Positions 57,848 to 64,000 of a stretch of 64,000 nucleotides of DNA are shown here, in pieces. The DNA is taken from NCBI RefSeq assembly GCF_009914755.1, contig NC_060927.1. One strand, given 5' to 3'. Positions within the stretch are counted from its first letter, which is position 1; each line of letters starts with the position of its first letter. The DNA comes from the human T2T-CHM13v2.0 reference genome, Homo sapiens. The notes under the pieces were generated by a model, which was given only the letters and a program-made list of their open reading frames with translations, was not told the origin of the DNA and made no database searches. The position numbers and the translations under genes were made by a program.

Positions 57848-59632
57848 CTGCAATGCAGAACCGGTCACAGAAGAAAATTAGTGCATTTATCTGTCAGCAT
57901 TAGACTAGATTTTCAATCCAGTTCACTAGTCACAGGGTCTGGTTTTCTCTTCCTCTGGGAGATGAAACTGATATGCTGGTAGGTAGTAAAGGTGTCAGTT
58001 ATAAATTGGACCGTTGCAGCACGCACACACGAAAAATAGACGAGAAGACTTTAAGGCCATAAATTTAGTTCAAGGCAAAGAATTTCCCTAAAAATAGTCC
58101 CGCTTGTTAAAACACTACAGGAAGAATGTATGTCAGGTAACCGTTGGCATTATCAGAACCAGTTCACATTTCTTTTATAGGAACCAATGTTTGCAATTCT
58201 CTCTCCAGTGTGCTATTCCTTTTAACTACTTGAGGGAAGACAGGATTTTGCTGACTCTGGTGCTAAATAAATAAATACCTTGATTGGTTCCTCTTTACTG
58301 TTTCATACATGAGTGAGGATGCAGCAAGTCTGACTTGCAAACAGAAGGGGCAAGTTTGGCAGACACCATCAAGTTTCTCCCTATGTTCTACTTACTATTT
58401 ACCTACCATTTAACTAAATGGGACTCCAGTATCAACTCAAAAGAAGCATATGACCTTTTCTTAACTCACTGAGTGATCCTGTTCTAAATTGGTTGTTTCC
58501 TACCCTCAATCCTATAAAATTATTCAGGTGGAAACCCTGAAGACCAACCTAATGTTAATGACCCATTACTCAGACATAGCACAAACTAATGGTTAAAGTA
58601 AGAATGTTCAGTGTCCAGTGACTCCCATACTTCAAACCAATAGGGCCCATATGCCCACTCAGTTTGATAAATATTGAGTGTCTGTTGACCCGGAACCACT
58701 GTGATGAACTGTATGGGTTTACACATACTACCTCTTGACTCAGAGAGCTAATAATATAGATTGAGTGATGATCTCCAACAACTCACCATAGAATAAATCA
58801 GAGGAAAATAAGAATTCAGTGGTGGTAAGCATCAGTAGCATATTATGAAAAGAACGAATGAAGGAATCCATAATATACCATATAGGTAGTAGTTTAATTC
58901 ATTTATCATTTAAGCCTTTATATATGTCACCAACTACACATCAGGTATTGTGCTAAATATTGAAGATTTTAAAAAACCCTCCCTCCATGCAGCTATATTC
59001 TCTCAAGGGTAACAGAAATAAATAACTACAATCCATCTTTATACCCACCTCTTCCTTCCTCACTATATTGTGTCTTCTCACAGGACGGGCTCATCTTATT
59101 CATCTGTGTCCCTAGGAAAGCACCTGGCCCAGAGCAGGTGCTCAATACATGTATTTCAAAGGAATGAATGAATGTTAAAATGTGATATGTGTGATAATGT
59201 TTCTAAGAAGCTTCACTTTTCCTGGATGATAGGGAAAGTGTGTTGAAAATTAAGATGTGGAGGATGACTCCTAAGTTTTAGTAGGGCTCATAGTGGATAG
59301 GAATGCTACCTATAAACTGATACAGAGAACACAAAGGAGAACTAATCTGAGGAAAGGGAAAGGGAGAGACACTGAGCTGAATTTGGGATGAGTTGCACTG
59401 GAAGTACTAGTTGTATGACATTGAGCGGGAAATGTCTAGTAGGCTGCTTAAGGATTGGCTGAGAGCTCAAAAGAAAACTTGGAGTTAATTTATCAGTATA
59501 TTAAGAACATGTAGATTAGGAATAGTATTAAGGACTGCTTTGATCTAAGTATTTGTGTCCCACCTCACCCCACCCCTATTTTTATGTTGAAATCCTAACC
59601 CCCAAGGTGATGATATTAGAAAGTGGGGCCTT

Positions 59633-59893
59633 GGCTGGGAGCGGTGGCTTCCGCCTGTAATCATAGCACTTTGGGAGGCTGAGGCAGGCAGATCACGAGG
59701 TCAGGAGTTCGAGACCAGCCTGGCCGACATAGTGAAACCCCATCTCTACTAAAAATACAAAAATTAGCCGGGCATGGTGGTGGGCTCCTGTAGTCCCAGC
59801 TACTTGGCTGACTGAGGCAGGAGAATTGGAGATTGCAGTGAGCCAAAACTGCGCCACTGCACTCCAGCCTAGGCAACAGAGTGAGACTCTGTC
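59633..59893 (+). mobile_element. AluS with a small right-arm deletion; tail converted to a purine microsatellite
   Basis: GGCTGGGAGCGGTGGC...GAGACTCTGTC; GAGAATTG|GAGATTGCAGTG lacks the CTTGAACCCGGGAGGC segment. Confidence 0.92.
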
Positions 59894-59964
<71 letters not shown>

Positions 59965-60109
59965 AAAGAAAGAAAGGAAGGAAGGAAGGAAGGAAGGAAG
60001 GAAGGAAGGAAGGAAGGAAGGAAGGAAGGAAGAGAAAAAGAGAGAAGGAGAAAGAAAGAAAAAAAGAAAGAGAAAGAAAGAAAGAAGGAAAGAAGGAAGG
60101 AAGGAAGAG
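59894..60109. repeat. 216-bp pure-purine tract: (GAAA)18, (GGAA)14 and a mixed tail
   Basis: GAAA at 59895-59966 and GGAA at 59976-60031; no pyrimidine until 60110. Confidence 0.96.
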
Positions 60110-60397
60110 TTTTTCAGGATATAATTGGTTTATGTCACAGTTGGGATTAGTGCCCTTATAAAATAAGCCTAAGGGAGCTAGTTCACTCTTTCCACCTTAT
60201 GAAGGTACAGCAAGAAGGTACCATCGATGAACCAGGAAATTAGCCTTTATCTGCTGACACCTTTATCTTGGACTTTCTAGCTTTTAGAACAGTGAGTAAT
60301 AAATTTATGTTGCTTATAGCCACTCAGTTTATGGTATTTTGTTATAACAACGCAAATGGACTAAGATAAGAGCTAAATTCAACTTAATAAATATGTA

Positions 60398-60475
60398 TTG
60401 AGCATCTATTATATTTGAAGTAATCAATTCAGATATTTGAGCATCTACTATATTTGAAGTAATTAGTTCAAATGG
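60398..60475. repeat. 39-bp tandem duplication (2 copies)
   Basis: TTGAGCATCTA(T/C)TATATTTGAAGTAAT..TTCA.AT starts at 60398 and again at 60437. Confidence 0.88.
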
Positions 60476-62735
60476 GTAATCCCATTTGATTAAGGAAATA
60501 ATCCTTAGACTGGAATATTTAGCATCTAGTAGAAGGCACAGGTTAACACTTAACTCTTTGTTGAAGATGAGAATGTAATGTCTAGGTGGAGAATGAAAGC
60601 CCCCAGTAAAGCTGTGACATAGCAAAGCAGGGGGCTCTGGACTCAGGCTGCCTGGGGTTAAATCCTAGATTAGTGTGGCCTTGGTAAATTACTTAATTTA
60701 TCTGGATTATTTGTTAAATACAAAGAATAATAGTATCTCTTCTTAGGATTCCTGAGTATTGAATAAAACAACACAAAAAGCAGTTACTTAGTAGAGATTG
60801 AGTGCTCAAATATTAGCTATTGGAGAAAGCCACATTATAAGTTAGTGAGTCAGTTTTCAATCTTTCAGTGTCACATCTCTGCAGCTCTCATTATTCACAG
60901 AGATAAAGGAATAGTGATGTCATAAACTGAAGAAATAAGAAATACCATACATGTCAGAGAAATTTATTTCAGCCTTATTTCTGTAAATTGGTTCTGATTT
61001 CTAATTAAACATTTAGGAAACAAAAGCAATTCCAAAGTTGGCATGGATGCACTGGATTCCTAAACCATTAGCAATTGATTGAATGAAGAAAGAAAAATAA
61101 CACAAATTACCTCCATAGCTCCAATATTATCGCCACAAAAAAGAAAGCCCCAACAACCCCACAAATTGATTCAAACATCAAAACCCATAGTTTTAACTGA
61201 ATGATAGGTGTGCATGTTACCCCATAACCTTTCTGTCTTGTGTCACTTTCTTCCTTGAACTGTGGTTGTTTGTCCTGAACCTTATCCCCCTGTTATGTGT
61301 AAATTCAATGTTTATTAAACAAACCAAATAGAGAAATGGAGTCAACAGCAAATAGAAAATGGAGATTATTTCTCCTACTTGAAAGAGTGCTGAGAGGTCT
61401 TTGGCACAAAGAAAACAAGGACTGATATGCTTGTAAGTGCATGTGTAGGCACAAAATGGTAAGCCTGGCCAAATCATTTTTATTTCAATGGGAATACCAT
61501 ATACAGGAAAGGGAAAATATACATGTGTCTTAGCCAGCACAATCTCCCTTGTTACAGAGAGATTTTAAAGTAAGATCAAGATCAAACAAAAGAACATTTA
61601 GTTCTAATCAGTCTTCCTGGGAATTCTAGTTCCACCCCAGATGATGCTTAAACAGCCCCAGTTCTCACCAAGAAACACCAAGGCCCCCATGGCCACCTCC
61701 CTGTTGTGTACAAGCTGGGAGGCAAGCTATTGAGATTCTTCTACCTGGTAACCGCTGCACTGGCCAACTTGGCTAAACTAGTTCTAGTGTAGATGCATCT
61801 GAGATATGACATTCAAAGAGAAGGCTTGAAATACAGACATTCTTTGAAGAAAAGGGGATATTGCTTTGTAGGAGTGAATCAAAACTCTTCCAGGGGACAT
61901 AAGGAAAAAGAGAACGTGGGATTCTGGAACACTGAGGACCATTCAAACTCTAGATTACTGAGACTTTTGAGGAAACACTTTGTCTTTTGCTTATTTAAAG
62001 TTTTCACTTGAATGGCCTTCTAAGCCAAGGGTTAAGTAAAGTGGACAATCATTGCAAGAGAAATTAATTCTGGAATTTTTTTTCTGAATATTAGCCTCTG
62101 GTACCCTTCTTCCTCTCACATCTAAGTTCTCAAGTTCAAAGCATTAATTTGTTTGTAAATTGATCTACAAACTGAACTTTTTACCATATGCTGGACTAAA
62201 CATAACAAAATAAAGTGAGCTTTTCACATCTCATTGCACTAAATAATGATATTAGTCCTAACTAAAAATAAAACTTCATTAAATATTTTTAGTATACATA
62301 AACGTTTAAAATCTCTATGTCTTTTTTTGCAAAGTATCTGAGACATTCTTAGTTTTTCTTCCCTCAGAGATTTCGAGTTCCGGTTGTGTGACTAGACTTC
62401 TGTGGAGGCTCAGTAGGAGTTATATAACAGTCAAGCTCCTTTGTTTAATACAGTCACCCTTTCCATGATGTAGTTAAGGATACCCTAGAAATTTTCCCTT
62501 CACCAATATGTCTCCAAGTAATTGCGTATCTATTGTTTTATCTCATTTGCTTTACCCAATTTCACTTACCCAGCATCTATGAGGTGCTTCCTATGTGCCA
62601 ACTCTTACAGTATAAGGCAAGGTATGAGTTCAGACCAGTCCTCAAGAAGCTGAAAAAAGTAGCACCATTTGCTGCTTTTCCTCCAATTCATAAAGCCATT
62701 CAGACTCAAACTTGGCATGAAAAATAAAATACCTA

Positions 62736-63003
62736 CCATATGTTCTCACTTACATGGACACATAGAGGGGAACAACACACACTGAGACCTACTGGAGGGT
62801 AGAGGGTGGGAGGAGGGAGAGGATCAGGAAAAATAACTAATGGGTACTGGGCGTAATACCTGAGTGATGAAATAATCTGTACAACAAACCCCCATGACAC
62901 AAGTTTGCCTTTGTAACAAACCTGAACATCCTGCACGTGTACCCCTGAACTTAAAAGTTTTTTTTTTTTAAAAAAAAAAAAAGAAAGAAAGAAAAAGAAA
63001 AAG
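62736..63003 (+). mobile_element. Short 5'-truncated L1PA 3' end (same group as the L1 at 19184-22446)
   Basis: GGGAGGAGGGAGAGGATCAGGAAAAATAACTAATGGGTAC...ACCCCTGAACTTAAAAG plus an A-rich tail; TSD AAAATACCTA at 62726-62735 and 63004-63013. Confidence 0.9.
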
Positions 63004-63644
63004 AAAATACCTAACAGAGATGCAGAGGCTCTCAATTATATAGTATTACTCACTTTGTGTTGACCTGTTTGGCTTAATATTATTTTGTTTGTTTGTGTAT
63101 GTATTTGCTTTTGTGGAATTGCATTAGATTATTGACTTGCAGAGACAAATATGAATTGTAGGACATGTAGACTGTTTGGAAAATTTGTTTTAGGCATGTA
63201 CCCACATGCAACTTGTTTCTTAATAAATAATTTATGATGATGTTAAAAATGCTGCTCCTTGAAAACACCAGGGTACAATATTCTTGCTTATATCTTTTTC
63301 GTAGAAATTGAAATCATTTAAGGGTAAACTTACCCTTAGCGGAATAAGTGCTACTGCAGAAGGAGAATTGTATTTTTCCAAATCATCTTCAATTAAACAT
63401 CTACAAGTCCAAGATCACTGGCTTTATGAAGCATCAAAAAAAAAAAAAAAAAAGTGTTGTTTGGCTTCTTCTGATAATGAATTACACAGACTCTCCCAGA
63501 TTTTTTTTCCTATTTCTTTTGCTCAGAAAATCCTGTAATTTTTTTCTTTCCATGTTGTGTTTCCCCAACAAGTATAAAAGGCACTCTATTTCAAAAAACA
63601 AAAACTGAGATTAAGTCTCAGTCACATCACATACTGCATATGTG

Positions 63645-63780
63645 CTCTTAGGGAGCCACTTACCATTCTAAGACTCAGTTTCCCAACCTGTGAAATGAGC
63701 AGAGCATGCCAGTGCTGCCTGTCTCCCATGGTTGCTGAGACCAAGCCATAGGATGCCCTATGTGTACAATGGTTTTTTAC
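63645..63780 (+). mobile_element. MIR SINE relic
   Basis: CACTTACCATTCTAAGACTCAGTTTCCCAACCTGTGAAATGAG. Confidence 0.7.
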
Positions 63781-64000
63781 TGGAGCTGAATTTTAAAGAT
63801 TATTATTTAAAGAAACATGACATAAATAAGCAGACAATACACAGAATGAAAAACAGCATACTCAAAGGCCCCTTTACAATTTCCACCCCTACATATAAAA
63901 TACCTGCAGCATTATTTGGAGTTGCAGAAGTAATAAAATAGAGTAATACTGATCACTTTTTGAGCTCTTATTGTAAGAGAGGCACAGAACTAAGTTCTTT

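Larger units (their letters stand above)
59536..60368 (+). mobile_element. MLT1A-type MaLR solo LTR split by an Alu
   Basis: ATGTTGAAATCCTAACCCCCAAGGTGATGATATTAG before the Alu; GGGATTAGTGCCCTTATAA...GGTATTTTGTTATAACA..GGACTAAGATA after it. Confidence 0.88.

Noticed and set aside
59826-60161. Lys/Glu/Arg-rich ORFs
   Set aside because: They are translations of the GAAA/GGAA microsatellite.

Overview
Human non-coding genomic DNA: the window carries an AluYb8, a subfamily essentially specific to humans. It is either a large intron or intergenic sequence; I cannot name the locus. No recognisable host protein-coding gene, RNA gene or CRISPR array is present. The ORF track is explained by Alu, L1 ORF2, Tigger1 transposase and simple repeats, or by chance. 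Interspersed repeats include about a dozen Alu/FRAM copies, a 3.3-kb L1PA, a near full-length Tigger1, MaLR LTRs, MER elements and MIR/L2 relics. Between them lie repeat-poor blocks with CpG-retaining patches and transcription-factor motif clusters that look like enhancers or promoters. The clearest unusual structure is a 399-bp copy of one Tigger1 end inserted just inside the opposite end at a microhomology. Other leads are a TALE (TGACA) motif cluster, convergent CTCF-like motifs, a 216-bp pure-purine tract containing (GGAA)14, and a speculative chain of minus-strand exons. I found no convincing novel biological system. Repeat subfamily names come from recalled consensus features, not from a database search.
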